From Mycobacteriales bacterium (GTDB taxonomy: Bacteria; Actinomycetota; Actinomycetes; Mycobacteriales; Geodermatophilaceae): DNA of 50,339 bases. Below are positions 28,527 through 37,959 of this stretch, piece after piece (position 1 is the stretch's first letter; the number at the start of each line of letters is the position of its first letter). The notes under the pieces are model-generated. The model saw nothing but the letters and a program-made list of their open reading frames with translations. It was not told where the DNA came from and did no database searches. The stretch covers positions 1 through 50,339 of the forward strand of contig JBBPYA010000120.1 in the NCBI GenBank assembly GCA_038200385.1, given 5' to 3'. The translations under genes and the position numbers were made by a program.

Positions 28527-30572
28527 ATGCCGGTCTCAGTCACGATGCCTGCCCTCGGAGAGAGCGTCACGGAGGGCACAGTCACCCGGTGGCTGAAGCA
28601 GGAGGGCGACCAGGTGGAGGCCGACGAGCCGCTGCTGGAGGTCTCCACGGACAAGGTGGACACCGAGATCCCGGCACCGGCCTCCGGTGTCCTGACCAAG
28701 ATCAAGGTCAGCGAGGACGAGACCGTCGACGTCGGCACCGAGCTGGCCGTCATCGGTGACGAGGGGGGCAGCGACGAGCCTGCTCCCGCGACCGACGAGC
28801 AGTCCGACGATGTCGACCCGGACGCCGCCGAAGCCGAGACCGACGGCGAGGGTTCGACCGACGACGAACCGGCTGATGAATGCGAGGACGGCTCGGCGGA
28901 TTCGATGGGCGGCGACGAGGCCGATCGCGCGGTCGAGGAGTCGGCTTCGGCCGAGCAGTCCGACCAGCCGAGCGAACCCGCTCAGGCGTCCTCCAAGCAG
29001 TCCGGGTCCGGGTCCGGTACGACAGTGACGATGCCGGCGCTCGGCGAGAGCGTCACCGAGGGCACCGTGACCCGCTGGCTGAAGAGCGTCGGCGACGAGG
29101 TGGCCGTCGACGAGCCGCTGCTCGAGGTCTCCACCGACAAGGTGGACACCGAGATCCCCTCCCCCGTGGCCGGGACGCTGCTGTCGATCGACGTCGGCGA
29201 GGACGAAACCGTCGAGGTCGGGGCCACCTTGGCGACGATCGGCGATGAGGGGTCCCAGTCTTCGGACGACGCGGGCTCGGCCGACGCGGACTCCGACGCC
29301 ACTGTCAGCGACGCGGACTCGGGGGACGCGGATGACGGCGACGCGGATGACGGCGACGCAGACGCGGCCGCCGACGACGGTACGGAGGACTCGGAAGACG
29401 CCGCGCCTGAAACCGCGACGCGCGACATCCCGGTCGACGAACCCGAACAGGCCTCCGGTGCGGACTCCCCGAAGTCCGAGCAAGACGGGCAGTCCAGGAA
29501 GGCTCAGAAGCCCGGGGACGGCACGGCGACCGGGGCGAAGTCCGCCGGCGCCGCGGAGACGGCCGGGTCGGCAGCCGGATCCGGTGCCTCGGGTGCCGCG
29601 GCGTACGTCACGCCGTTGGTCCGCAAGCTGGCCGCCGAGCACGACGTCGACCTGTCCGCCGTCCAGGGCAGCGGAGTGGGCGGGCGGATCCGCAAGCAGG
29701 ACGTGCTCGATGCCGCCCGCTCCGCGGCCGAGGACAAGGCGCCGCAGCAAGATGCCCCCGCCGCCCCGGCCGCGGTGTCCACGGGCACCGCACCGGCCTC
29801 GGGTGGCCGGGCCGCCGCTGCTGCGGTCGATCCCGCTGTCTTGGCGTTGCGAGGCAAGACCGAGAAACTGTCCCGGCTGCGCACCGTGATCGCCAAGCGG
29901 ATGGTCGAGTCCCTTCAGATCAGCGCGCAGTTGACGACCGTCGTCGAGGTGGACATCACCGAGATCGCCCGGTTGCGGACCCGGGTCAAGGCCGACTTCG
30001 AGGCGCGCGAGGGCGTCCGGTTGTCCTTCCTGCCGTTCTTCGCGTTGGCGACGGTGGAGGCGCTCAAAGCGCATCCGAAGGTCAACTCCTCGGTCGACAT
30101 GGACGAGGGCACCGTGACCTACCACGACAGCGAGAACCTCGGGATCGCGGTGGACACCGAGCGCGGGTTGCTCGTTCCGGTCATCCACGACGCCGGGGAC
30201 CTGAACCTCGGCGGCATCGCGCGCAAGATCGCCGACCTGGCGGACCGGACCCGCCGGAACAAGATCACCCCGGACGAACTCAGCGGCGGCACGTTCACCC
30301 TGACCAACACCGGAAGTCGGGGGGCGCTGTTCGACACCCCGATCATCAACCAGCCGCAGAGCGCGATCCTCGGGACGGGAACGGTCGTGAAGCGGCCCGT
30401 CGTCATCGACCACCCGGATCTCGGAGAGATCATCGCGGTCCGGTCGATGATCTACCTCGCGCTGTCCTACGACCACCGGATCGTGGACGGGGCCGACGCG
30501 GCGCGGTTCCTCGTGACCATGCAGCAGCGCCTGGAGGGCGGCGACTTCGGTACCGCTCTGGGTCTGGCGTGA
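28527..30572 (+). CDS. sucB: dihydrolipoyllysine-residue succinyltransferase/acyltransferase (E2) with two lipoyl domains
   Basis: There are two copies of [18 protein letters not shown]...[12 protein letters not shown], a PSBD ([17 protein letters not shown]) and the catalytic [17 protein letters not shown]. The linkers are long and acidic. Confidence 0.92.
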   Translation: MPVSVTMPALGESVTEGTVTRWLKQEGDQVEADEPLLEVSTDKVDTEIPAPASGVLTKIKVSEDETVDVGTELAVIGDEGGSDEPAPATDEQSDDVDPDAAEAETDGEGSTDDEPADECEDGSADSMGGDEADRAVEESASAEQSDQPSEPAQASSKQSGSGSGTTVTMPALGESVTEGTVTRWLKSVGDEVAVDEPLLEVSTDKVDTEIPSPVAGTLLSIDVGEDETVEVGATLATIGDEGSQSSDDAGSADADSDATVSDADSGDADDGDADDGDADAAADDGTEDSEDAAPETATRDIPVDEPEQASGADSPKSEQDGQSRKAQKPGDGTATGAKSAGAAETAGSAAGSGASGAAAYVTPLVRKLAAEHDVDLSAVQGSGVGGRIRKQDVLDAARSAAEDKAPQQDAPAAPAAVSTGTAPASGGRAAAAAVDPAVLALRGKTEKLSRLRTVIAKRMVESLQISAQLTTVVEVDITEIARLRTRVKADFEAREGVRLSFLPFFALATVEALKAHPKVNSSVDMDEGTVTYHDSENLGIAVDTERGLLVPVIHDAGDLNLGGIARKIADLADRTRRNKITPDELSGGTFTLTNTGSRGALFDTPIINQPQSAILGTGTVVKRPVVIDHPDLGEIIAVRSMIYLALSYDHRIVDGADAARFLVTMQQRLEGGDFGTALGLA

Positions 30573-31465
30573 AGGTTGCCGTCACTGGGGCCTCGGGACT
30601 GATCGGTACCGCCCTGCAGCCGGCGCTGCAGCGCGCCGGGCACGAGGTGGTGCGGCTGGTCCGCCGCCCGACCCGTTCGGCCGAGGAGATCCGGTGGGAC
30701 CCGGGCAACCGGAGCCTGGAGCCCAGCGCGCTGTGCGATGTGGACGCTGTGGTGCACCTCGCCGCTGCGGGGATCGGCGACCGGCGCTGGACGGCCAAGC
30801 GCAAGGCCGAGATCCTGGACAGCCGTGTCGACGGTACGGCGACGATCAGTGCGGCGATCGCCGCGGCAGAGCCGCGGCCGCGGATCCTGCTGTCGGCGTC
30901 CGCGGTCGGCTTCTACGGCGACGGCGGCGCCCGCGTGCTGACCGAGACGAGCCCGGCCGGGGACGGCTTCCTCGCCGATGTCGTCGTCCGGTGGGAGGCG
31001 GCCACCGAGGCAGCCCAGGCCGCCGGGACCCGGGTGATCCACGCCCGGACCGGCCTGGTGCTGGCTCCCAAGGGCGGCCTGATGGGGCGCCTGCTGCCGC
31101 TGTTCAAGCTCGGACTGGGCGGTAAGCTCGCCGGCGGTCGGCAGTACTGGCCCTGGATCAGCCTGGTCGACGAGGTGGCGGCCATGGTGTTCCTGCTGGA
31201 GCACGAGGTCTCCGGGGCGGTGAACCTGACCGGCCCCGAGCCGGTCAGCAACGCCGAGTTCACCCGGTTGGCCGGACACGTCCTGCACCGTCCGACGGTG
31301 GCCGCCGTCCCGGCGTTCGCATTGAAGGTCGCCCTCGGTCCCGAGATGGCCGACCAGATCGCGCTGATCAGCCAGCGCGCCCTCCCGACGGTGCTGCAGG
31401 AGCGGGGCTTCACGTTCGAGCACCAGGACGCGGAAAGCGCGCTGCGCTGGGTGGCCGGCCGCTGA
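30569..31465 (+). CDS. TIGR01777/DUF1731 NAD-dependent epimerase family protein
   Basis: The sequence [14 protein letters not shown]...[14 protein letters not shown] fits the family. A GTGA overlap with the sucB stop is present. It is syntenic with Mtb Rv2216. Confidence 0.82.
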   Translation: MKVAVTGASGLIGTALQPALQRAGHEVVRLVRRPTRSAEEIRWDPGNRSLEPSALCDVDAVVHLAAAGIGDRRWTAKRKAEILDSRVDGTATISAAIAAAEPRPRILLSASAVGFYGDGGARVLTETSPAGDGFLADVVVRWEAATEAAQAAGTRVIHARTGLVLAPKGGLMGRLLPLFKLGLGGKLAGGRQYWPWISLVDEVAAMVFLLEHEVSGAVNLTGPEPVSNAEFTRLAGHVLHRPTVAAVPAFALKVALGPEMADQIALISQRALPTVLQERGFTFEHQDAESALRWVAGR

Positions 31466-33043
31466 TCATCCGGTGCGCACGGCGGACTGGATCCGCCACC
31501 CCGCATCGGTCAACCGCAGGCCCACCTGTACGGCGGTGGCCGGCCGGCCGGCCTGGGTGCTGAGGACCGTCGGGTCAACGGTGACGCCTGCGTCCTGTCC
31601 CGTGGTCCGACCGGCTGACATGGCGACGACGGCGTACGGGCCGAAGGTGTCCAGCACCATCAGCATCACGTCAGGTACCCGACCGCGCACCGACCGGACG
31701 GCCAGCACGCTCGGCGCGAATCCGTCGATGCGGCGACCGTCGGCTGCCAGCCGCTCGATCTGGCGCCGGTCGGCAGCGCCCTGGTCACTGCCCGGGGCGA
31801 ACACCCCGGTGAGCAGCGAGGGGTCGCCCGTGCCGAATGCGGTCGCCCGCCGGGCATAGAGCACGGTGAGCAGGGCGGCCCACCCTTCGACGTCGGTGGG
31901 TACGGCGAACTCGTCGACCGCCGGGCCGGACCGATCTGCGGTGGGCGGGGCACCGGACACCGTCGCGATCGGTGGCGGACCGGAGACCGGCGCGGTGGCC
32001 GCGGAGCCACCCCAGAACGAGCCCACCAGGACCGCCACGACGATGGCGGCCACGACCGCGGTGGCGGCCACCAGGTCCCGCCGGCGACGGACGAGGGCCT
32101 GCCCGACCGCGGCGGTGGCGCGCCGGATCCGGCCCGGCTGCCGGGCAGCCGCGTGCGCCGGGCCCTCGGGCTGGGGACGGCGTACGGCCTGGGTCGCCGA
32201 CCCGGTCCGGGCCGGGTGCAACGGAACGCCGCGCAGGTCGGTCGCCAGCAGGACGGGCTCGGCAGGGTAGGAGTGCCGGACGTCCAGGGCGAGTTCAGCG
32301 GCGGCTCCGCGCAGCTGCGGATCGGGGGACAGCGCCCGGTCGAGGACGTCGAGCAGCTCCGCGGGCGCCTCCGGAGCGAGCCGATGCAGGTCCGGCAGCG
32401 AACCGGTGGCCGCCACCGCCAGCGTCGCCGAGGCGGTCGCCGCATTCCACGGCGGGACGCCGGTGAGCGCGTGGAACGCGCACGCCGCGAGCCCGAACAC
32501 GTCGGACGCCGGACCGGGAACGGCGCCGCGGGCCACAGCTGGGTCGACGTACTCCGGGGTGGCCTCGCTGCCGGCGTACTCCCCCAGCACCCGGGCCACG
32601 CCGAGGTCGGCCAGGACCGGACGGCCGTACTCGGTGAGCAGGATGTTCGCGGGGGTCACGTCGCCGTGGACGAGGCCCTCGTCGTGGGCATAGGCCAGCG
32701 CCGCGGCCACCGGCGCGACGATCGAGACCACCTCGCCCGGTGCGAGTCGCCCGCGTCGCCCGAGCAGGTCGGCGAGGCTGCCGCCGCCCAGGTGGTCGAG
32801 CACCAGGACCGTCTCCTCCCCCGCCGGGAGCACCTCGCGGAGGCCGATCAGATGCGGGTGGCTGACCGCCGCGAGCAGGGCGGCCTCCCGGCGCTGCCGG
32901 TCCCGCTCGGCGGGATCGGTCGCGGGCAGCCACTTCAGCGCGACGATCTCCCCGGTCGATCGATGCCGCCCGCGGAAGACCCGCGCGGTGCCCGCCGTGC
33001 CGATCGGCTCCTCGACCCGGTAGTCGCCCACGGTCCGCACCAT
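31466..33043 (-). CDS. membrane Ser/Thr protein kinase-like protein with atypical catalytic loop and NTF2-like extracytoplasmic domain
   Basis: An ATG start at 33043 gives YRVEEPIGTAGTARVF, VALKW, HGDVTPANILL and ADLGVA. A single TM segment (LVAATAVVAAIVVAVLV) follows, then a C-terminal domain of about 140 aa. Confidence 0.75.
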   Translation of the reverse strand: MVRTVGDYRVEEPIGTAGTARVFRGRHRSTGEIVALKWLPATDPAERDRQRREAALLAAVSHPHLIGLREVLPAGEETVLVLDHLGGGSLADLLGRRGRLAPGEVVSIVAPVAAALAYAHDEGLVHGDVTPANILLTEYGRPVLADLGVARVLGEYAGSEATPEYVDPAVARGAVPGPASDVFGLAACAFHALTGVPPWNAATASATLAVAATGSLPDLHRLAPEAPAELLDVLDRALSPDPQLRGAAAELALDVRHSYPAEPVLLATDLRGVPLHPARTGSATQAVRRPQPEGPAHAAARQPGRIRRATAAVGQALVRRRRDLVAATAVVAAIVVAVLVGSFWGGSAATAPVSGPPPIATVSGAPPTADRSGPAVDEFAVPTDVEGWAALLTVLYARRATAFGTGDPSLLTGVFAPGSDQGAADRRQIERLAADGRRIDGFAPSVLAVRSVRGRVPDVMLMVLDTFGPYAVVAMSAGRTTGQDAGVTVDPTVLSTQAGRPATAVQVGLRLTDAGWRIQSAVRTG

Positions 33044-33082
33044 CGGGTCAGGGTAGGAGCAGGGACCGGACCCGAGCTGACG

Positions 33083-33113
33083 TTGTCCACAGGGCGCCGC
33101 CTTGTCCACAGGG
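33083..33113. repeat. two perfect 12-bp direct repeats (TTGTCCACAGGG) 19 bp apart in the kinase/oxidoreductase divergent promoter region
   Basis: The copies sit at 33083-33094 and 33102-33113, as read directly. Confidence 0.9.
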
Positions 33114-33228
33114 TGGTACGTCGGGCGCCGTCGACTGGGCGGGCACCTAGGGTCGGAGGGGACTCGACCGGGCTGACCGGCTCGTAGTCGACGCGCGGTC
33201 CCCGCACGGACCGACATACGCTCCGGGC

Positions 33229-34473
33229 GTGCCCACCGACCGGTTCGATGTCGTGGTGGTCGGCGCCGGCCTCGCCGGCCTGATCGCGGCCCGGACACTG
33301 TGCCGCGCCGGCCTGGACGTCGCCGTCTTCGAGGCCGCCGACCGCGTCGGCGGACGAGTTGCCACCGATGTGGTGGACGGGTTCCGGTTGGACCGCGGCT
33401 TCCAGGTGCTCAACACCGACTACCCGCGGGTCCGCCGGGAGGTTGACGTCGAGGCACTGCGGATCCAGGCGCTCACCCCGGGAGCGCTGGTCCACCTCGA
33501 CGGCACGCTGCACCCGCTGGCCGATCCGCGACGCGAGCCTTTCGAGGCCGTCGACACCCTAGGCGCACCGATCGGATCGTTCCCGGACAAGCTGCGGCTG
33601 GCCGCGATGGTGGCGGCGGCCGCGGTCCTGCCGGTGTCCCGGCTGCTGGAGCGCCCCGAGGCGACGGCGTACGAGTCGATGCGCTCCTGGGGTCTGTCCG
33701 ACCGGATCATCGATCGGTTCGTCCGGCCGTTCCTGTCCGGCGTCCTGCTCGAGCAGGAACTGGTGACGTCGAGCCGGTTCGTGGACATGGTTTGGCGCTC
33801 GTTCGCCCGCGGCACGATCGGCGTTCCGGCGTACGGGATGGGCGAGCTGCCGCGGCAGCTCGCGGCGACGCTCCCCGACGGATGCCTCCGGTTGGGTACG
33901 GCGGTACGGGCGGTGCGCCCCGGGCAGGTCGACACCGCGGCCGGGACGGTGACGTGTGGGGCCGTTGTCGTCGCGGCGGACCCCGTCGGCGCAGCAGCGC
34001 TGCTCCCCCAGTTGGGATCCGAGCCGTCGATGCGCGCGGTGACGACCTACTACCACGCGGCCGCCGAGCCCCCGCTCCGGGCGCCGACGCTGGTTCTCGA
34101 CGGTGAGCGCCAGGGCCCGCTCTGCAACTCGATCGTCCTGACGAACGCGGCCCCGTCCTACAGCAGCGACGGGCGCGCGCTGATCAGCAGTTCCTCGCTC
34201 GGCGCCGAACCGGCCAGTGACAACGACGTACGCCGCCACCTCAGCGTGCTGTACGGGCGGTCGGCCGCGGACTGGGAGCAGATCGCTGTGGTACCGGTGC
34301 CGCGGGCGCTCCCGGTCGCGGAACCACCGTTGGGCAACCTGCGCAAGCCTGTCGACATGGGCGACGGGCTGTTCGTCGCTGGCGACCACCGGGACACGCC
34401 GTCCACCCAGGGCGCGATGGCCAGCGGCGCCCGCGCCGCACAGGCTGTCCTCCGCACGCACGGCATCGCCTGA
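33229..34473 (+). CDS. NAD(P)/FAD-dependent oxidoreductase (amine oxidase/phytoene desaturase-like fold)
   Basis: The N-terminal dinucleotide fold is FDVVVVGAGLAGLIAARTL...VFEAADRVGGRV. The C-terminal GLFVAGDHRDTPSTQGAMASG is also present. Confidence 0.75.
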   Translation: MPTDRFDVVVVGAGLAGLIAARTLCRAGLDVAVFEAADRVGGRVATDVVDGFRLDRGFQVLNTDYPRVRREVDVEALRIQALTPGALVHLDGTLHPLADPRREPFEAVDTLGAPIGSFPDKLRLAAMVAAAAVLPVSRLLERPEATAYESMRSWGLSDRIIDRFVRPFLSGVLLEQELVTSSRFVDMVWRSFARGTIGVPAYGMGELPRQLAATLPDGCLRLGTAVRAVRPGQVDTAAGTVTCGAVVVAADPVGAAALLPQLGSEPSMRAVTTYYHAAAEPPLRAPTLVLDGERQGPLCNSIVLTNAAPSYSSDGRALISSSSLGAEPASDNDVRRHLSVLYGRSAADWEQIAVVPVPRALPVAEPPLGNLRKPVDMGDGLFVAGDHRDTPSTQGAMASGARAAQAVLRTHGIA

Positions 34474-34521
34474 CGTTCGGTCATCCCGCGGCTGGCGCCC
34501 GTCGGTAGCGGAGAGCTGAGG

Positions 34522-35135
34522 TCACCACCGCACCGGTGGGTGTCGGTGGTTGCGTTGGGGGGTGCCGGTGGGGTCGAGCCAGACCGATGCGGTGAATTCA
34601 GGGATGCCGTCTGGGGCGTAGCTGATGGTCCAGCCATCGCGGTGGACGACGGTGTGGTGGTGCCCGCACAGCAGGACGCCGTTGCCCAGGCAGGTGAGTC
34701 CGCCGTGGTGCCAGTCCAGGACGTGGTGGGCGTCGCACCATTCGGGGGGGCGGTCGCAGCTGGGGAAGGCGCAGCCGCGGTCGCGGCGGGCCGCCCCCGG
34801 ACCCACCACGTCCCCGCCTGGTCGGGGGTGATCGTCAGGGCCCGCAGCGTGGTGTCCCGGCGTTCCGCGGCGTCCCACGCCGCCCCCTCCAGTGCCTCCC
34901 GACCTCCGGGGCGGCCGCGACCCGCACCGCGTCCCTGGCCGCCCGCGGCGGGCAGTTCAGCTCGGCCCGCACCCACGCCGCCGGCGTCGGCGCCACATCC
35001 CCCAAACCCCAACGCGCCCGCGTCCCGCACCGCGACCAACGTCGCGGCCAGCCGACCGATCGCGGCCGTGATCGGATGCTGCGCGATACCCGCGTCGCCA
35101 CCCGCCCGCTGCCGTCGATCCCGTCCATACCCCAC
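34522..35135 (-). pseudogene. truncated, frameshifted HNH endonuclease (DUF222 / REP13E12-type) remnant
   Basis: The C-terminal frame has RDRGCAFPSCDRPPEWCDAHHVLDWHHGG...LLCGHHHTVVH. The preceding DUF222-like piece (...RALTITPDQAGTWWVRG) is in another frame and far too short. Confidence 0.65.
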
Positions 35136-35372
35136 ACGCTAGACACTGGGTACGACACTTTCCGGGGCCCAGAACCCGTTGCGCCGCAACAACTTTACGT
35201 CAGGTTACCGCACACACGGTACGGTCGGCCAGTCCGCCCGGCGACTGCACCGCCCGGACAACGACACCGCCCGCGGACGCGCCCGGATACCGACCCCGCC
35301 CGACTGTCGCACCGCCCGGGTACGGCCTCCGACCCAGCCCGGCGATCGCGTCGGCTCGAACACCAGCCCCGG

Positions 35373-36071
35373 TCAGGTCGCCGAGTGCCGACCGTAGGTC
35401 TCCGCGTCCTCGCGTCGGGCCAGCGCGCTCGGCCACCAAACCCACCGACCGATCTCCAGGGTCAGCGCCGGGACGAGCAGCGACCGGACGGACCATCGAC
35501 AGCGGCGCCACGGTGGCGACGCCGTCCACTCCCTGAGCCACCGCGACGAGCTGATCGACGGTGTCGGCGGCGCCGATGATGACCGCGGGGCTGCCAGCGC
35601 CAGCATCGAAGTGCCGGGCGAGGACGTCCTGGCCGGCGACGGAGTCGGTCTCGGTCAGGAACGCGTCGGTCTGCGCTATCCCGGAGGCGTGCAGCTGGGT
35701 GGTGAACGCAGCAGCGACGAGCAGGATCAGCAGCGAGCTGGCGATCCCGATAGCGGCCACCGGGCCGAGCCCCCGGTTGCTGTTGAGCTGGCTGACGGCA
35801 GGCACAGCACCCCGATGATGACCCTGGCACCCGAGGCCAGGATCGGGACCGCCGAGGCCCGCGGCGCGATGCGGACGGCATCGAAACGGTTCTCGTGCCG
35901 GCGCAGCTCTTCCCGGCAACGGGCGATGAGCAGCAGCGCGTAGTCCCTTGCGGCGCCGAAGACCAGCACCAGGATGACGACGACGACACCGGCGGCCACC
36001 GCGATCAGCAGCCCGTCGATGCTCCCGAACGCCTGGACGAAGTCGCCGAGGATGCCGGCGGGTCCCATCAC
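35373..36071 (-). pseudogene. heavily deleted MMPL-family transporter remnant
   Basis: MMPL blocks are spread over three frames. They are FGSIDGLLIAVAAGVVVVILVLVFGAARDYALLLIARCREELRRHE, then NSNRGLGPVAAIGIASSLLIL...ASGIAQTDAF...GAGSPAVIIG, and the C-terminal VRSLLVPALTLEIGRWVWWPS. About 0.7 kb remains instead of more than 2 kb. Confidence 0.65.
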
Positions 36072-36168
36072 GTAGGCCGGCGGCTAAAGGACCCGAACGG
36101 ACCGCCGATCGCCAGCCACACTACGACGAGCAGCGCCGGCAGCAGCCAACGGCGGGAGGACCGCATCG

Positions 36169-36879
36169 GTGAGTGACCCCCCTTTTGCCCGGCGTAGGGT
36201 TCAGTTCGTGCCCGATCTGGTCTTCGTCCGAGCCGGCACGGTCCCCTACGACGAGGCGTGGGCCGAGCAGCGTCGCCTGCACGACGACCGGGTAGCCGGC
36301 AAGGTCCCGGACACCGTGTTGTTGCTGGAGCACCCGCCCGTCTACACCGCGGGCAAGCGGACCACCCGTGCCGAGCGGCCGGTGGACGGCACCGCCGTCG
36401 TCGACGTGGACCGGGGCGGTCGGATCACCTGGCACGGTCCCGGCCAGCTGACCGGGTACCCGATCGTGGCACTGCCGGACCCGCTGGACGTCGTCGGTCA
36501 CGTACGCCGACTGGAGCGCGCGCTGATCGCCGCCTGTGCCGAGTTCGACGTCCACACGGTCGCCGTCCCGGGCCGCAGCGGGGTCTGGATCCCCGCGGAC
36601 AGCCGCGGCCCGGACCGCAAGGTCGCTGCGATCGGCATCCGGGTGGCCCGCGCGGTCAGCATGCACGGCTTCGGGCTGAACTGCGACCCCGACCTGAGCT
36701 GGTTCGACCGGATCGTGCCGTGCGGCATCACCGACGCCTCGGTCACGTCGCTGAGCCGGGAACTGGGGCGGCAGGTCGGCGTACCCGACGTGCTGGACGT
36801 CGTCGAACGCCACCTCACCGCAACGCTCGGGCAACCGGCCGCCGATGCAAGCCTCGCCCCTGCCGGAGCACCAGCATGA
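36169..36879 (+). CDS. lipB: octanoyltransferase (lipoyl(octanoyl) transferase)
   Basis: The motifs [31 protein letters not shown] and KVAAIGIRV are present. Confidence 0.92.
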   Translation: MSDPPFARRRVQFVPDLVFVRAGTVPYDEAWAEQRRLHDDRVAGKVPDTVLLLEHPPVYTAGKRTTRAERPVDGTAVVDVDRGGRITWHGPGQLTGYPIVALPDPLDVVGHVRRLERALIAACAEFDVHTVAVPGRSGVWIPADSRGPDRKVAAIGIRVARAVSMHGFGLNCDPDLSWFDRIVPCGITDASVTSLSRELGRQVGVPDVLDVVERHLTATLGQPAADASLAPAGAPA

Positions 36880-37268
36880 TCCCCGGGCGCAACGTACTCG
36901 GCGGCGACCTGGAGCCGTGCGGGGACGATCCGGTGACCGGCTTCTACCGCGACGGTTGCTGCAACACCGGACCCGACGACGTCGGCAGCCACACCGTGTG
37001 CGCCGTGGTCACCGCGGAGTTCCTGGAGCACCAGCGCAGCGTGGGTAACGACCTGTCCACCCCGATGCCGCAGTACGGGTTCGCCGGACTGCGGCCGGGC
37101 GACCGCTGGTGCGTGTGCGCCGCCCGGTGGCAGCAGGCCTACGACGACGGTGCCGCGGCGCCCGTCGTGTTGGCCGCGACCCACGAGCGGGCGCTGCAGG
37201 CGGTCGCGCTGGAGCGGCTGCGGGAGCACGCCGTCGACGTACCGGTGGATCCCGGTCAGCTCGGCTGA
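36876..37268 (+). CDS. DUF2237 family protein
   Basis: An ATGA overlap with the lipB stop is present. The sequence is [58 protein letters not shown]...[12 protein letters not shown]. Confidence 0.8.
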   Translation: MIPGRNVLGGDLEPCGDDPVTGFYRDGCCNTGPDDVGSHTVCAVVTAEFLEHQRSVGNDLSTPMPQYGFAGLRPGDRWCVCAARWQQAYDDGAAAPVVLAATHERALQAVALERLREHAVDVPVDPGQLG

Positions 37269-37286
37269 GCCCTACGCTGGGGGCCG

Positions 37287-37938
37287 GTGGCGGGCACCGC
37301 GGTCTACCTCGAGGTCGGTAAGAAGAAGGTCTTCGCGTGCGCGCTGGACTGGCCGGGCTGGGCGCGCGGGCAAGGACGAGCAGCGCGCGTTGGCAGACCT
37401 CGCCGACTACGCGACCCGGTACGCCGAGGTCGCGGCCACGGCCGGGCTGGATCTCCCGTCCCCGGCCGCATTCGACGTCGTCCACCGGCTCCCGGGGGAC
37501 GCCGGCACCGAGTTCGGCGTCCCCGGCGCCCGCTGTCCCTCCGACGGGGAGCCACTGGCGGCGATGGAGGCGGGTCGGCTGGCCGACCTCGTCGAAGCGT
37601 CCTGGACCGTCCTTGACCAGATCGCGGCCGTGACGCCGGAGGAGTTGCGCAAGGGCCCCCGCGGTGGCGGCCGCGACCGCGACCGGATGCTGGAGCACGT
37701 TGTCGGTGCCGAAGCGTCCTACGCCCGCAAACTCGGTGTGCGGCACAAGGTTCCGGCTTTCGACGACCACCGCGCCGTCGCCGCGCTGCGGACCGAACTG
37801 GCCGCGGCCATCCGCGGCTCCCACGACGGCGTCGACGCCGGGCCGAAGGGCTGGCCGCCGCGCTACGCCGCCCGCCGGATCGCCTGGCACGTCCTGGACC
37901 ATGCCTGGGAGATGCAGGACCGCACCGAGCCGTCCTGA
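37287..37938 (+). pseudogene. DinB-family-like protein with a single frame break near nt 37366-37371 (true pseudogene or assembly indel)
   Basis: The N-terminal VAGTAVYLEVGKKKVFACALDWPGWAR is in frame 0. It continues as GKDEQRALADL...LRKGPRGGGRDRDRMLEHV...YAARRIAWHVLDHAWEMQDR in frame +1. The break falls in a short G-run. Confidence 0.6.
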
Positions 37939-37959
37939 GGCCGGGTACCCGGAAGGGAC

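Noticed and set aside
35136-35372. The tail of the 239-aa ORF 35200-35919, considered as a real coding region.
   Set aside because: Only the central part of that ORF carries MMPL-like blocks. The 3' part is repeat-like CCGCCCG-rich sequence with no protein similarity that I can recognise.
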